From positions 10,351-74,350 of the forward strand of contig JAWKWC010000007.1 of NCBI GenBank assembly GCA_041397705.1: a DNA stretch of 64,000 nt. The letters run 5' to 3'. Position 1 is the stretch's first letter. The number at the start of each line of letters is the position of its first letter. Positions 18,100-29,879 of the stretch are shown piece after piece. The translations under genes were made by a program, and so were the position numbers. Source of the DNA: Hyphomicrobiaceae bacterium. Lineage in GTDB: Bacteria; Pseudomonadota; Alphaproteobacteria; Rhizobiales; Hyphomicrobiaceae. Under the pieces are notes generated by a model. It was not told the DNA's origin. It was given only the letters and a program-made list of their open reading frames with translations, and did not search any database.

Positions 18100-19766
18100 G
18101 CACCGGCCTCGACGCCATTACACTCGAGATCGTCTGGAACGGCCTTCTGTCGGTCACCGACGAGTGCTTCATCACGCTGATGCGCTCGGCCTATTCGACC
18201 AACATCAAGGAGCGCCACGATCATTCGATTGCGATTGCCGACGCCAAGGGCCGGTTGATCGTGCAGTCGCAGGGCTCGCTCCCGGTTCACATTTCATCCA
18301 TGACCGGTCTGATTTCGACGCTGCTGCAGAAGTATGGACCCGACATCCACGAAGGCGATCTGTTCCTCGCCAACGATCCGCACGTTGCCGGCGGAACGCA
18401 CCTGCCCGATCTCAACTTCGCCATGCCGGTCTTTATCGAGGGACGCTTTGTGGGTCTGGTTGCCAATATCGCGCACCATGCCGATGTCGGTGGCGCGGCG
18501 GCGGGCTCGATGTCGGGCGGACTGAACGAGATCTGGAAGGAAGGTCTGCGGATTCCGGTTGTGCGATTGATGAGCAAGGGCCAGCTCGACCAGGAGATGA
18601 TGGATATCATCCTGCTCAACATGCGGCTTCCCGAGGAGCGCAAAGGTGATATCAACGCCCAGATCGCAGCGTGCAGATTGGGCGTTGAACGGGTTAAAGC
18701 TCTTGCCAGCCGTCACGGCCGCGAGGTCATCGAGACTGCGTTCGACGAGATCATTTCGAGATCGCGCTCGCGGATGGAAGCCGAGATCGCGCGGATTCCC
18801 GACGGGCGCTATAGCTTCGAGGACGTCCTCGATGACGATGGTCTCGACGCCAAGGATGTTGCCTTCCGCCTTACCATCGAGAAGACGGGCCGGCGCATCG
18901 TGTTCGACTGGACAGGCTCGGACCCGCAAGTCCCCGGCAATGTCAACCTGACGTTCAATGCAACGCAATCCTGCGTCTTTTTCGGCCTCAAGGCCGTTCT
19001 CGACCCTGACCTTCCGAACAATCAGGGCGTGCTCGATGCTGTGGAGATTATCGCGCCGCTCGGCACGGTCGCCAATTGCGTATCGCCGGCTGCCGTGGCG
19101 CTCAGGGCCAACACCTGCCAGCGCGGCATCGACGTGGTGCTCGGCGCTCTTGCACAGGCTCTACCCGACAAGGTGATCGCGGCGGCCAATGGTGCCAACA
19201 CCTCCGCCGTATTTGCCGGCAACGATCCCGTCAGCGGGCGTGCCTACGTCTATCTGGAGACACTCGGCGGTGGGATGGGTGGACGCGCCAGCAAGGACGG
19301 CAAAGACGGGGTGCAAGCTGGCATCACCAACACCTCCAACCTGCCGGTGGAGGCGATCGAGATGGAGTACCCACTCCGCGTCCTGGAGTACGGCTATGTC
19401 GAGGATTCCGGCGGCGCAGGGCGCTATCGTGGTGGACTTGGCATCCGTCGTGTCGTGACGCCAGTCGGGCATGATTGCGAGTTTTCCGGCGTCGGCGAAC
19501 GGTTCGTGCATCAGCCCTGGGGCTTGTTCGGCGGTGAGGCCGGCGCCACGGGGCAGTTTCAGCTCGGGGCGGCCGACTGCACGAAACGACGTCTTGCCAA
19601 CAAGGTCCGCATGCCGCTGCGACAAGGCGAGAGCGTCATTGTCGAAACGCCGGGAGCGGGAGGTTATGGTCCGCCTAGCGAGCGCTCGCAGGAGGGACTT
19701 GCCGAAGACGAGCGATCCGGAAAATTCTCGCCGGGCTTCATGAAGGCCCACTACCAAAAGAGCTGA
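18096..19766 (+). CDS. Hydantoinase B / oxoprolinase family protein (HyuB-like)
   Basis: 556-aa ORF. 4-nt ATGA overlap with the upstream HyuA-like gene. NDPHVAGGTHLPD, ETLGGGMGGRASKDG. Confidence 0.9.
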   Translation: MSTGLDAITLEIVWNGLLSVTDECFITLMRSAYSTNIKERHDHSIAIADAKGRLIVQSQGSLPVHISSMTGLISTLLQKYGPDIHEGDLFLANDPHVAGGTHLPDLNFAMPVFIEGRFVGLVANIAHHADVGGAAAGSMSGGLNEIWKEGLRIPVVRLMSKGQLDQEMMDIILLNMRLPEERKGDINAQIAACRLGVERVKALASRHGREVIETAFDEIISRSRSRMEAEIARIPDGRYSFEDVLDDDGLDAKDVAFRLTIEKTGRRIVFDWTGSDPQVPGNVNLTFNATQSCVFFGLKAVLDPDLPNNQGVLDAVEIIAPLGTVANCVSPAAVALRANTCQRGIDVVLGALAQALPDKVIAAANGANTSAVFAGNDPVSGRAYVYLETLGGGMGGRASKDGKDGVQAGITNTSNLPVEAIEMEYPLRVLEYGYVEDSGGAGRYRGGLGIRRVVTPVGHDCEFSGVGERFVHQPWGLFGGEAGATGQFQLGAADCTKRRLANKVRMPLRQGESVIVETPGAGGYGPPSERSQEGLAEDERSGKFSPGFMKAHYQKS

Positions 19767-19786
19767 AGGCAGAGTGGCGGCGCATC

Positions 19787-19812
19787 ATGACGCAATTTGT
19801 GGCATGCGTCAT
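19787..19812. terminator. 8-bp stem hairpin between convergent genes
   Basis: atgacgca-atttgtggca-tgcgtcat, read directly, nested in an outer ggcag/ctgcc pairing. No clear T-tract. Confidence 0.35.
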
Positions 19813-19826
19813 GCCGGTCTGCCTCG

Positions 19827-21198
19827 TCAACGCCTGAGGTAGCCGATCCGATCCCCCATCTCCTTCTGCCAGCTGTCGAGAAGCTCGAGCACCTCGCGGG
19901 GATGGAGCTGGCGACCGTGTCTGGCAATGGAGGCGTCCTCCAGCTTCTTCAAGCGGCGATAAAGTTGCTCCGCCGTCTCGTGCAACATGGCCACAGCGCC
20001 GATGGCAGACGCGCTCATATTGGGGGGAACTTTAGCCACGAGCTTGCGCGTGATCTCCTGTACCCAGTCGGGCATGTGGGACAAAACCCGTCCCATCGCA
20101 CCGATCAGTCGGAATGCGCAGGGTTGGGCGAAAGCGATAATCGTGCAGCTCCATCCACTCGAACAGCTTCGTCATGATCATGTCCTTGAGCCGCAGCTCG
20201 GACGTGATGCGATAGTCGCGCCATTCCGCGACCACGTCGAATTGTGGTTCCAGCTCCATGTCACCCGGCGCGAAAGTCTGCTCTGCCGTAACGCCGATGC
20301 GCTGGATGAAATCGCGATTGCGCATGTCCAGGCGGGTCGGGAAAGTTGGAAGAAGCACATCGGCAGTTGATGCCATGGCAAAGGCGAGACGCACGAGCTT
20401 GGCGCAGAACAACTCCCCGTAGCCTTGAGGCTGCATCGTGAAATCGTAGAGGATGCGGGGTGCCCGCTTGCCGTCTGCCCGCTTCACGTGATCGGCAACG
20501 AGCTCGCTGGCCCGCCGCGCCAGATTGGGGTCTCGATACCGAAAGAGCACGGCGCGACCGAGATTGTGAGACAACGCTTTGGCGACCGGCGTGACGACCG
20601 AGCCTTCTTCGATCAACGCCTCGACGATCACCGGCTGGCCGTCCTCGCCGCTGGCCACCATGGCAACGTGGCTGAATTGGGAATCCACGTCGCCTATCCG
20701 CGCGATTGCCGCGCTGTTGTGGGCCATCCCACGCTCGAGGATCACGTCGCCCGGCTCGAGGGTGAAGGGTCGATCTGCAAACCGGGGATTGATCTCGACG
20801 TAGCCGTCCGGACCGCTGAATCCGGCGGCAGTTGCCTCGCCCTTGGCGAGGCGGGGATGGCCGTGTGCAATCTCGCCGACGATGTCGCGCGCATATCGCG
20901 TGACGCGAAAGAGGTCGCGCAAGGCTGCCGGGGCGGGACGCTGCATCAATGCGCCGGCTTCCCACCTCTCGACAGCATCCCGCAGCGCCTGCTGTGCGCC
21001 CTGGAGGCCTTGCAGCAACTCGGGTGCTGCGGTGCGCACGTGATCGACGTTGAAATTGTCGAACTTAGCGCTAAAGAAATCGGCGTAGATCTGGCGCAAA
21101 GCCCGCGCAAGGGTCGCGGCATCAGCCGGCTGACTGCGGGCAAGCGCATACATGCCCTCGATTACGTCCCGCAAGTGATCGACGCCCGTGGTTTGCAT
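19827..21198 (-). pseudogene. YiiX/DUF830-like permuted papain-fold (NlpC/P60 superfamily) protein, apparent frameshift near 20.13-20.15 kb
   Basis: ORF 20032..21267 has PGDVILERGMAHNSAAIARIGDVDSQFSHVAMV and ELFCAKLV. Its last ~35 codons look like out-of-frame read-through, while ORF 19827..20096 continues with a plausible sequence (AFAQPCAFRLIGAMGRVLSHMPDWVQEITRKL...). Start preferred at ATG 21198 (MQTTGVDHL). Confidence 0.6.
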
Positions 21199-21405
21199 CG
21201 CGCTTCCCCCAAAATGCAACCGCGTTGCCCGTTTTGCGGCCTCGACCACCCCAATCGATTGCCGCAATGTCAGCCTGTGACAAGCGCGCCCCGACCCTCA
21301 TCCGCCTCCGGACCAGCTTTGCTGGCAGGCATTGTGCTTTGCGCTAGAGCGCGCGCTCGCCTAGTTTGCCCGGCGAACGCATCAACACTGAGATGGACGT
21401 CCAAC

Positions 21406-22128
21406 ATGACCTCGCATACCTCCCCCAAGCAACTGCGCCGGGACCTCGCTGCCGCGTTGCGGCTCGCTGAAAAATTCGGCTACTCGGAGGGTATTTGCAA
21501 TCATTTCTCCGTCGTCGTTCCGGGTTCGGAGGAGCGCTATCTCATCAATCCATACGGCCTGCACTGGTCGGAAATGAGGCCGGAGAGCTTGCTGTTGATC
21601 GACGGTGAGGGCACAGTCATCGAGGGCGACGGCGAGGTCGAGGCGACGGCACGCCACATCCATGTGCAGGGCCATCGCGCCAATCCCCGTCACCAGTGCA
21701 TCCTGCACGTCCACATGCCCTGGGCCACGTCGCTAACGATGGTCAAGGATGGGCGGCTGGAAATGGCACATCAGACCGCCGCGCGGTACTATGGACGCGT
21801 TGCATATCATTCCTTTGGCGGTATTGCGCTTGATGAAGCCGAAGGCAAACGCATTGCCGAGGCCCAAACGGCGAACCCGTCAGCGGATGTCTTCTTTCTG
21901 GCTCATCACGGCGTTTCCATCGGCGGGCCGTCGGTGGCTTTCGCGTTCGATGAACTCTATTACCTCGAGCGGGCCTGCAAGCAGCAGGTATTGGCCATGT
22001 CGACGGGCAAACCGCTGGAAATCATGCCCGACGAGCAAGTGCGCGAGACCGCACGGCAGTTCATGCAGTTGATCGACTTTCAGGCGCAAAAGCATTTTCA
22101 GGCGCTGATGCGGATCAACGGGCTTTAA
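21406..22128 (+). CDS. Class II aldolase/adducin family protein
   Basis: Last 240 codons of ORF 20425..22128. MTSHTSPKQLRRDLAAALRLAEKFGYSEGICNHFSV, ILHVHMPWATSL, FFLAHHGVSIGG. Confidence 0.85.
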   Translation: MTSHTSPKQLRRDLAAALRLAEKFGYSEGICNHFSVVVPGSEERYLINPYGLHWSEMRPESLLLIDGEGTVIEGDGEVEATARHIHVQGHRANPRHQCILHVHMPWATSLTMVKDGRLEMAHQTAARYYGRVAYHSFGGIALDEAEGKRIAEAQTANPSADVFFLAHHGVSIGGPSVAFAFDELYYLERACKQQVLAMSTGKPLEIMPDEQVRETARQFMQLIDFQAQKHFQALMRINGL

Positions 22129-22135
22129 CGGCCGC

Positions 22136-23163
22136 TCACTTCGGCACGGGCGCAGCAGCGTCAAGCAATCGTTCGGCCTTGAGATCGGCCCAAAGCGCAG
22201 GCGGCACAGCCGTGCGCATGGCATTGACGTTGGCCTCGACCTCTGAGGGTTTGACCGCTCCAAGCGCAACGGTCGACACCGCCGGGTGGCCCAGCGGGAA
22301 GTGCATCGCAGCCGTCGCCAGCGGCATACCATGCGCCTGGCAGACGCGCTCGATCGCCCGGACTTTGTCCATCACCTCAGGCGGCGCCGGCATATAGTTG
22401 TAGCGGGCATCAGCAATTGGGCCGGTTGCCAGGATACCGGAGTTGAAGACGCCCCCAGCATCACGCCCACATTCTTCTGCTCGGCGAGTGGCAGCACCTC
22501 TGCCAACGCCGGCTGCTCCAGCAGGGAATAGCGTCCGGCCATCAGGAAGCAATCGAAGTCACCGTCCTTGAGGTAGCGCGCCATGTAGACGGGATCGTTT
22601 AGGCCGAGACCGATGCCTTTGACGGTGCCCTCGCTGCGTAGTTTTTCGAGCGCCTTGTAGGCCCCGTTCATGGCCTCCTTGTAGCGTTTCGGCCCTTCCT
22701 CGGGGCCGTGACTCCAGGCGTCGGCATCATGGATCAAGAGCACATCGACGCCCGGCAGGCCGAGCCGCATCAGCGAATCCTCAAACGAGCGCATTGTGGC
22801 GTCGTAGGAATAGTCGTGAACGACATCGAACTCCAAGCCACCGACAAACCGGGTGGTGCGGGTGCGCCCATTGGGGGCCGGTTTCATCAGCCGCCCGACC
22901 TTCGTCGAGAGCACAAAACTGCCCGGCGGACGGCGGCGCAATGCCGTGCCAATTCTGTGCTCGGCGCTGCCTTGACCGTAATGGGGTGCGGTATCGAACA
23001 GTGTGACGCCCGACTGGGCAGCCATCGAAACGGTATCGATGGCCGTTTGATCGTCGAGCACCTCGTAGATATCGCCGAGCGGTGCGCTGCCGAAGCCCAG
23101 CACACTGACGTCCAAGCCGGTACGCCCCAGCTTTCTCTTTGCAATCGCATTATTCGTGCTCAT
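22136..23163 (-). pseudogene. Aldo/keto reductase, frameshifted at a C5 run (22452-22456)
   Basis: N-terminal part in ORF 22372..23274 (RKLGRTGLDVSVLGFGSAPLG ... KNVGVMLG). C-terminal part in ORF 22136..22552 (GVFNSGILATGP ... GAVKPSEVEANV). Adding one G to the run (coding strand ctggggg) restores MLGGVFNSG. Confidence 0.85.
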
Positions 23164-23255
23164 GGCCATCTCCCTCGCCGACCCACTCACCCATTCAGGT
23201 GAACTTTGACAGGCCGGCCGAATCCGCGGAACGTTCCTGCGCGAGGTTATCAGAT

Positions 23256-23879
23256 ATGGCCCTGACGGCGACATTCGACTTGGAAGCGAGCGAGATTGCG
23301 CTTGGACACGGCCCCGTTGCCGGCATCGATGAGGCTGGACGGGGGCCTTGGGCCGGGCCCGTCGTTGCAGCCGCCGTTATTCTGGATCCGAAATCCATCC
23401 CTGTCGGGATTGCCGATTCGAAGGCGCTCGACGCCGATGCCCGGGCACATCTCTTCACCCGCATCATGGCGACGTCGCTGGTCGGCATCGGGATTGCCGA
23501 TGTGGCGCGGATCGACCGAGACAACATTCTGAATGCGACGCTGTGGGCGATGGGGCAAGCCGCGGGGGCTCTTTCGACCAAGCCCCGGCTCGCCCTCGTC
23601 GATGGCAACAAAGCCCCTCGCCTCGCCTGCGAAACGCGTACGATCGTGTCGGGTGATGCCCGTTGCCTGTCGATCGCGGCTGCGTCAATCATTGCCAAGG
23701 TCACGCGTGACCGGATTATGGTGGAGCTTGGAAAGGCCCTGCCCGACTTCGGTTTCGAGCGTCACAAGGGCTATGGCACGCCCGAGCACAAGATTGCCCT
23801 GGCCCGGCACGGCCCCACCGAGCACCATCGCCGGTCGTTCAAACCCGTTCAGCTGGCACTGGGGCTGGAGCGGGCTTAA
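23256..23879 (+). CDS. rnhB: Ribonuclease HII
   Basis: ORF 23139..23879 trimmed to ATG 23256. VAGIDEAGRGPWAGPVVAAAVIL, GIADSKAL, IAAASIIAKVTRD, GYGTPEH. Confidence 0.9.
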   Translation: MALTATFDLEASEIALGHGPVAGIDEAGRGPWAGPVVAAAVILDPKSIPVGIADSKALDADARAHLFTRIMATSLVGIGIADVARIDRDNILNATLWAMGQAAGALSTKPRLALVDGNKAPRLACETRTIVSGDARCLSIAAASIIAKVTRDRIMVELGKALPDFGFERHKGYGTPEHKIALARHGPTEHHRRSFKPVQLALGLERA

Positions 23880-23960
23880 GGCGCCGGCCGCATCCGGAAA
23901 TATTCAGCCTCGGAAGGTACCGGGAGGCCCTGAGGTCTCCCGGCCAGCTTTGGCAATGCC

Positions 23961-25330
23961 TCAGGCAACCGCTTCCATCAGCGCTTTGAGGCTTGGTAGT
24001 TGCTCGAAGCGCATGATCATATCGAGCGCAGTCTTGGCGCGTTGACGCCCGATCACGGGCTCGGCGAGCGAGTGGAACTTGGCGACCAGCTTCGCTTCCT
24101 GCGCCGCGACGTCGGCTGCGGGAACGCCAACGTTCATTTCCGTGCGGATCTTACGTCCATCCTTGAGCTCGATCGACACGTCCGCACCATGGCGTGCGCG
24201 GCCCTGCCGGGGTACGGGATCGAGTTTCACGCGACTGCGGATGTCGATGTAGCGGGGGCTGTTCGCATTCTCATCGGAATAGGTGCCGAGGGCCGCGGTG
24301 TCGGCGCCATCGAGCGCCATGCCGGCCAGATGCGGCAGGGCGAACTTGATCTCCAGGCCCGTCTTGGGCTCTGGGATGCAGCAGACCTTGAGATGGCCCG
24401 GATCGATATGCAGCGTCATGAGCTTGACGTCGTCGGGACCAATGTTGTGCTGGCGCTTGAGTTCGCGGATGGCCTCGATCGGCGAATGCGTCAAGTAGCA
24501 GGCTGCGTGATACTTGAAGAGGTTCTGCTCGACGGCCATCGGCGCCTTGGGATCGGGCCGGACGGCCTCTGGCTTGAAGCCTGGGGCCTGGGTTGTGGCG
24601 AAGCCTTGCGGGGCTTCGATGGCATCGGGGCGAGCCGTAAAGCCGCGGGCTGCGATACGCGCTGCGATAAGGCCGTTCTGTGCGGCCTTGCCAGCGTGCA
24701 ACGGCTTGGTCATGGTGCCGAAGTTAATCTTCAGACCGGACGCTTCTGAGGCGGCGATGCCCAGCGCCATGGCCGTGTGCTCGTCGTCAAGCTTCAGGAG
24801 GTTGGCTGCTCCTGCTGCGGCGCCAAATGCGCCCATGGTCCCCGTGGCATGGAAGCCGTGCTCATAGTGGTCGTCGCCGACCATATGGCCGAGGCGGCAC
24901 TCGACCTCGTAGCCGGCAATGAAGGCGGTGAGGACGTCACGGCCACTGGCACCGAGCTGCTCGCCTAGCGCCAGAACAGCGGCGGCGACAGGCGCCGTCG
25001 GGTGGCCGTGCATCAATTGATTGACGTCGTCGTAGTCGAGGGCATGACTGACGGCACCGTTCACCAAAGCAGCGTCATGCAGGGTCGCCTTGGCGGCGCG
25101 TGCCACAACAGTACACGGCCCTGAGGTCGATGCCTTGAACTCCTCGGCCAGGATATCGGCCAAGGCTCCTTGGCGCCAGCGATGGTGACCGCGAACCAAT
25201 CGAGAAGTGCGTGTTTGGCCCACGTGTCGGCGCTTGGCGTCGATGCGTTTGATGAGAAGCCGGCGGTCCAGCCGGCGAGGCCACGCGTTACGGCCTCTGG
25301 GGCGGGGTTGGTAGAGCTTTGTGTTTGCAT
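23961..25330 (-). pseudogene. MmgE/PrpD family protein (2-methylcitrate dehydratase-like), frameshift near 25164-25166
   Basis: N-terminal 55 codons in ORF 25061..25360 (MQTQSS...TWAKHALLDWFAVTIAGAKEP). The rest is in ORF 23961..25388 (LADILAEEF...NGAVSHALDYDDV...). One missing base at gagcc/ttgg joins them. Confidence 0.85.
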
Positions 25331-25455
25331 GGGGCACTCCCTCACTGGTTTGGGGCGCAAGGCCGCACATCGGCTGCACCCGTTGCATTATGTCCGGACG
25401 TTAGCACATCGTGGCACGGTGGGAAGCGGCTTGATGTGCGATTGGCAAGCGTGTG

Positions 25456-27528
25456 CTACCGGCGTTTGAGCACCTCGCCGGCCTCAGCTGCGATCACGAA
25501 ACCGCTGTCTGTGGGCCTGACGGTCAAGCTGGTCCTGCCGCGCCCTGAAATGCGGCGCGGTCCATTCGAGACTTCGAAGACATACTCGAAGACGACGTCC
25601 CAGCCCTGCGATGAACCCGAGCGGCGGGTGGTGCGAACGGTGCCGGGAACGAGACGATAAACGCGGTAGGGCCATTTGGAGAAGTAGCGGGCCTTATCGG
25701 TTTCCACTTGGGAGCGCGTGACCAACTTGCCGTAATAGTCGACCTTGTCCTCGTAGGCTGTACGCACGGATGCGCCGCTGCTGCCGCTCTCGAGATAGAC
25801 GTTGGCAACGAAGTCCTCGATCGCTGCGGCGGGATCGGCAATCGCCTGCGGGTCCGCTGGGGAAGTTTGGGACGCTGCTCGAGCCCCCTTTATCTGATTG
25901 CTCGGAGCGGCTGACGCCAGGATCGCGCGCCTCTCGGCCTCATCACGAAATGGCCGTGCTTTGGCGGGCGATGGCTGATCGCTCTGATCCAACGTCATGC
26001 GAAAGTGTATGCCGTCGAAGGTATAGCGTGAGCGCGTATGGCAATTCGAACCGGCACAGATTTCGATCGAGTTATCTTCGCCGAGGCTGGCAGTCCAGGC
26101 CCCCTCGTGCCGGAGCAGGACGCGGAACAGGCTTTGGGCAGCCCATCCGTCCCCCTGCCCTCCCCGCCTCTTGGTTGCCAGGTCCCGATCGCCGACGTAC
26201 TCCATGATGCACAGATTACCCCAGCTGCCGAGCTCATTGCGATAATACAGAAAGATCTCCGGGCGACGGTCACCATTGATATCGCGGAGTGCGATCTCGA
26301 CGGCCTCGACTTGGTCTTTCTCGAAATCCCAGCACGGGCTGTCGCGCAAGGTCACTCCTTCGTCGGTGACCGTGAGCACGACATTCGTTTGCAGCACGTA
26401 GGCGGCAAGGGTTTCCTCTCGCCCATCGCGATCGATATCGTAGTCGATGGCGAAACCATTCACACCACCGATTGCCTTCGCGGCGGCCTGCTCGGCCTCG
26501 CTGGCTGCACGCCAGCTGTCGGTGAAGGCATGGCTTTCCTTGGCGATGAAGCGGCCGGCGAATGCGGGATAGGCACGCGAAAGCTCCCCCACGCGGCGTG
26601 CATCGGCTTCACTCAGCTCGCCGCTGCCGCGCGCGCTGAATGTGTTGATGAAGCGCACTTTGGCGCCAGTGGCTTGGCCTAGGGCGATGTCGCGTGTCCA
26701 GTCGCTGACCAGTTGTGGAACCTGCTGGCCGCGCGTCACTGTGCGGACATATGCACTGACTTGTCGCAATTGATCGGAAAATGGGCGCTGCGTCTCGCCC
26801 AGCGCTTCTCGCAGGCCTTCCACGAAAAACGAGTTTCGACCCTCGCCGTCGTAGGAGACCTGACCCGGTTGTGCCGCGAAGAACACCAGAGTTTCACCTG
26901 CCGCCGCGCCTTTCGTCGGCAAGGCGATGTTGGAAAGGCCCCGCCGGGCAATTGAACCGTGAGACGGGCTACTGCTTGGCGCCACGCCAGCGCGACCGGC
27001 AGCAGCTGGCTGCAGGCGACGCAATAAGGCGACGGTTTCTTCAAAGGCCAGCGGATTGTCGCGGCAGGCATCGATCAGCAGAGCCGTGCGCACCGGGCCG
27101 GCAGCGCGCAGGTCGGCCATGAAGCGGGTCATGTCGAGGCCGAGTTCGTCGATGGCGCGGGCGTTTGCCGGATTGGCGTCCCGCACGATCAAGACGTTAC
27201 GGTCGAAGAGTTGTATGCCATGTCCAGCAAAGTAGAAAAGCGCCAGATCGGCTCCACGCGCCGACTCCAAAAAGCGCTTGCGGGCGCGCTCAAGGGTGAA
27301 TCTATCGGCATTGAAGGCTTCGATGACCTCGAAGCCAAGGTCCCTCAGCCTGTCGGCAACGGCGGCAGCGTCGCGTTCGGGGTTCTTGAGACCGGCAACA
27401 TGCTCGTAGCGCGCAATCCCCACAACCAATGCAATTTGACGGGCCTCGACGGCGGCGGGCCAGAGGTTGACCAGGAACATCACCAGATAGAGGCCAATGG
27501 CGTGCCGCAGGCGCATCATGTCCCTCAC
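25456..27528 (-). CDS. Secreted caspase-family (peptidase C14) protein with Ca-binding-like repeats and a C-terminal uncharacterised domain
   Basis: 690-aa ORF. Signal-like N-terminus LYLVMFLVNLWPAAVEA. IALVVGIARYEHVAGLKNPERDA. Catalytic dyad context FYFAGHGIQ and LLIDACRDNP. DYDIDRDGREE and DINGDRRPEIFLYY (FG-GAP/VCBS-like). Tail YEDKVDYYGKLVTRSQVETDKARYFSKWPYRVY. Confidence 0.8.
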   Translation of the reverse strand: MRDMMRLRHAIGLYLVMFLVNLWPAAVEARQIALVVGIARYEHVAGLKNPERDAAAVADRLRDLGFEVIEAFNADRFTLERARKRFLESARGADLALFYFAGHGIQLFDRNVLIVRDANPANARAIDELGLDMTRFMADLRAAGPVRTALLIDACRDNPLAFEETVALLRRLQPAAAGRAGVAPSSSPSHGSIARRGLSNIALPTKGAAAGETLVFFAAQPGQVSYDGEGRNSFFVEGLREALGETQRPFSDQLRQVSAYVRTVTRGQQVPQLVSDWTRDIALGQATGAKVRFINTFSARGSGELSEADARRVGELSRAYPAFAGRFIAKESHAFTDSWRAASEAEQAAAKAIGGVNGFAIDYDIDRDGREETLAAYVLQTNVVLTVTDEGVTLRDSPCWDFEKDQVEAVEIALRDINGDRRPEIFLYYRNELGSWGNLCIMEYVGDRDLATKRRGGQGDGWAAQSLFRVLLRHEGAWTASLGEDNSIEICAGSNCHTRSRYTFDGIHFRMTLDQSDQPSPAKARPFRDEAERRAILASAAPSNQIKGARAASQTSPADPQAIADPAAAIEDFVANVYLESGSSGASVRTAYEDKVDYYGKLVTRSQVETDKARYFSKWPYRVYRLVPGTVRTTRRSGSSQGWDVVFEYVFEVSNGPRRISGRGRTSLTVRPTDSGFVIAAEAGEVLKRR

Positions 27529-27661
27529 GTGCTATGCATGGGCCGCCACTTTGACGCGCGTGCCACTTGGCAGGCAGGCCGACCGCGCAGATCGCCCTTT
27601 TACATCGTCATTCCGGCTCGGATCCAAGTTCGCCATGCGCTTTGGTTGCGCATGGCAGACG

Positions 27662-28739
<1,078 letters not shown>

Positions 28740-28747
<8 letters not shown>

Positions 28748-29827
28748 GGTCGCCTCCCGCCACAGAATCTGATTTCCAGCAAGCGGCCCAGTGGCCGGGG
28801 TTCTTTTCCTGGTACGGCGGATAATTCTGCCGGCAGTGATCGTCGGCCAGTGGACAGCGCGGTGCGAAGGCGCAGCCTTTCGGCAAATCGTAGAGAGCGG
28901 GCACGATGCCGGGGATCTCCTGAAGGCGATGTGGCGGGCTATCGCCAGTCGAGGCGCCACGGATAAGATCGAGGCGCGGAATCGAGGACATCAGACCGCG
29001 GGTGTAGGGATGCAGCGACCTGGCAAAAAGGTCCTCGACCGATGCCTCTTCGACCTTGCGGCCGGCGTACATGACGATGACGCGTTGAGCAGCTTCTGCG
29101 ACGACGCCGAGGTCGTGCGTGATCAGGATCACGGCGGTGCCGAGCTTTTCTTGCAACTCGACGATGAGTTGCAGAATTTGCGCCTGAATCGTGACGTCAA
29201 GAGCCGTCGTCGGCTCGTCAGCGATCAGCACCTTGGGATTACAGGCCAGCGCTATGGCAATCATGACGCGCTGGCGCATGCCGCCCGACAGTTGGTGGGG
29301 TACTCTTTGACGCGCTGTTCAGGCGTCGGGATCTTGACGAGCCGCAACATCTCGACGGCTTTCTCCGCCGCCTCGGCCTTGGACAGTCCTTGATGCAACA
29401 ATAGCACTTCCGAGATCTGCTTGCCGACGGTCATGACCGGATTGAGCGAGGTCATCGGCTCCTGGAAAATCATCGAAATGTCATTGCCCCGGACCTTGCG
29501 CATCTGCGCCTCGTCGAGGCCGATCAGATCGACGCCATCAAGCACAACCTTGCTGCCCTCGATGATCCGGCCGGGCGGATCTGGGATCAGGCGCATGAGG
29601 CTCAGAGCCGTGATCGACTTGCCGCAACCGGACTCACCGACAATCGCCAGTGTCTCTCCCGATTTGAGCGAAAAGGAAACCCCATCGACCGCCTTCACCA
29701 GACCCTGGCGCGTGAAGAAGTAGGTCGTGAGGTCCTCGACATTCAAAAGCTTGTCGCCTGCGGACTTCTGGTTCGCGGTCGCGCCGGATGCACCGGGCGT
29801 TGCGGCTGCTGTCTCGGTGCCTGTCAC
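28740..29827 (-). pseudogene. Peptide/nickel ABC transporter ATP-binding protein (DppD/OppD-like), frameshift at G4 run 29297-29300
   Basis: ORF 29261..30001 carries the Walker A motif [10 protein letters not shown] and ends ...[19 protein letters not shown] 28740..29279 starts at the signature motif [15 protein letters not shown]...ADEPTTALD. One extra C (cccc to ccccc on the coding strand) restores [14 protein letters not shown]. The GTG 29827 start is uncertain. An ATGA overlap with the upstream stop at 29880 is out of frame. Confidence 0.85.
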
Positions 29828-29879
29828 GCGGTTGCTCCTGAGGGTGGTGTGCTGCGCAAGCCCATTGCTCTTCCTGTCA

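Noticed and set aside
20425-21405. 5' two-thirds of a 567-aa + strand ORF (20425..22128)
   Set aside because: Antisense to the YiiX-like gene, with no family motifs and an Arg/Ala/Gly-rich composition typical of shadow ORFs in GC-rich DNA. Only the last 240 codons (class II aldolase, from ATG 21406) look real.
22440-22470. Programmed ribosomal frameshifting as an explanation for the split genes (AKR, DppD, PrpD, Rieske, SDR)
   Set aside because: The breaks sit at plain G/C runs inside conserved motifs, with no slippery heptamer plus downstream structure that I could see. The affected families are not known to use recoding. Indel error or mutation is the simpler reading.
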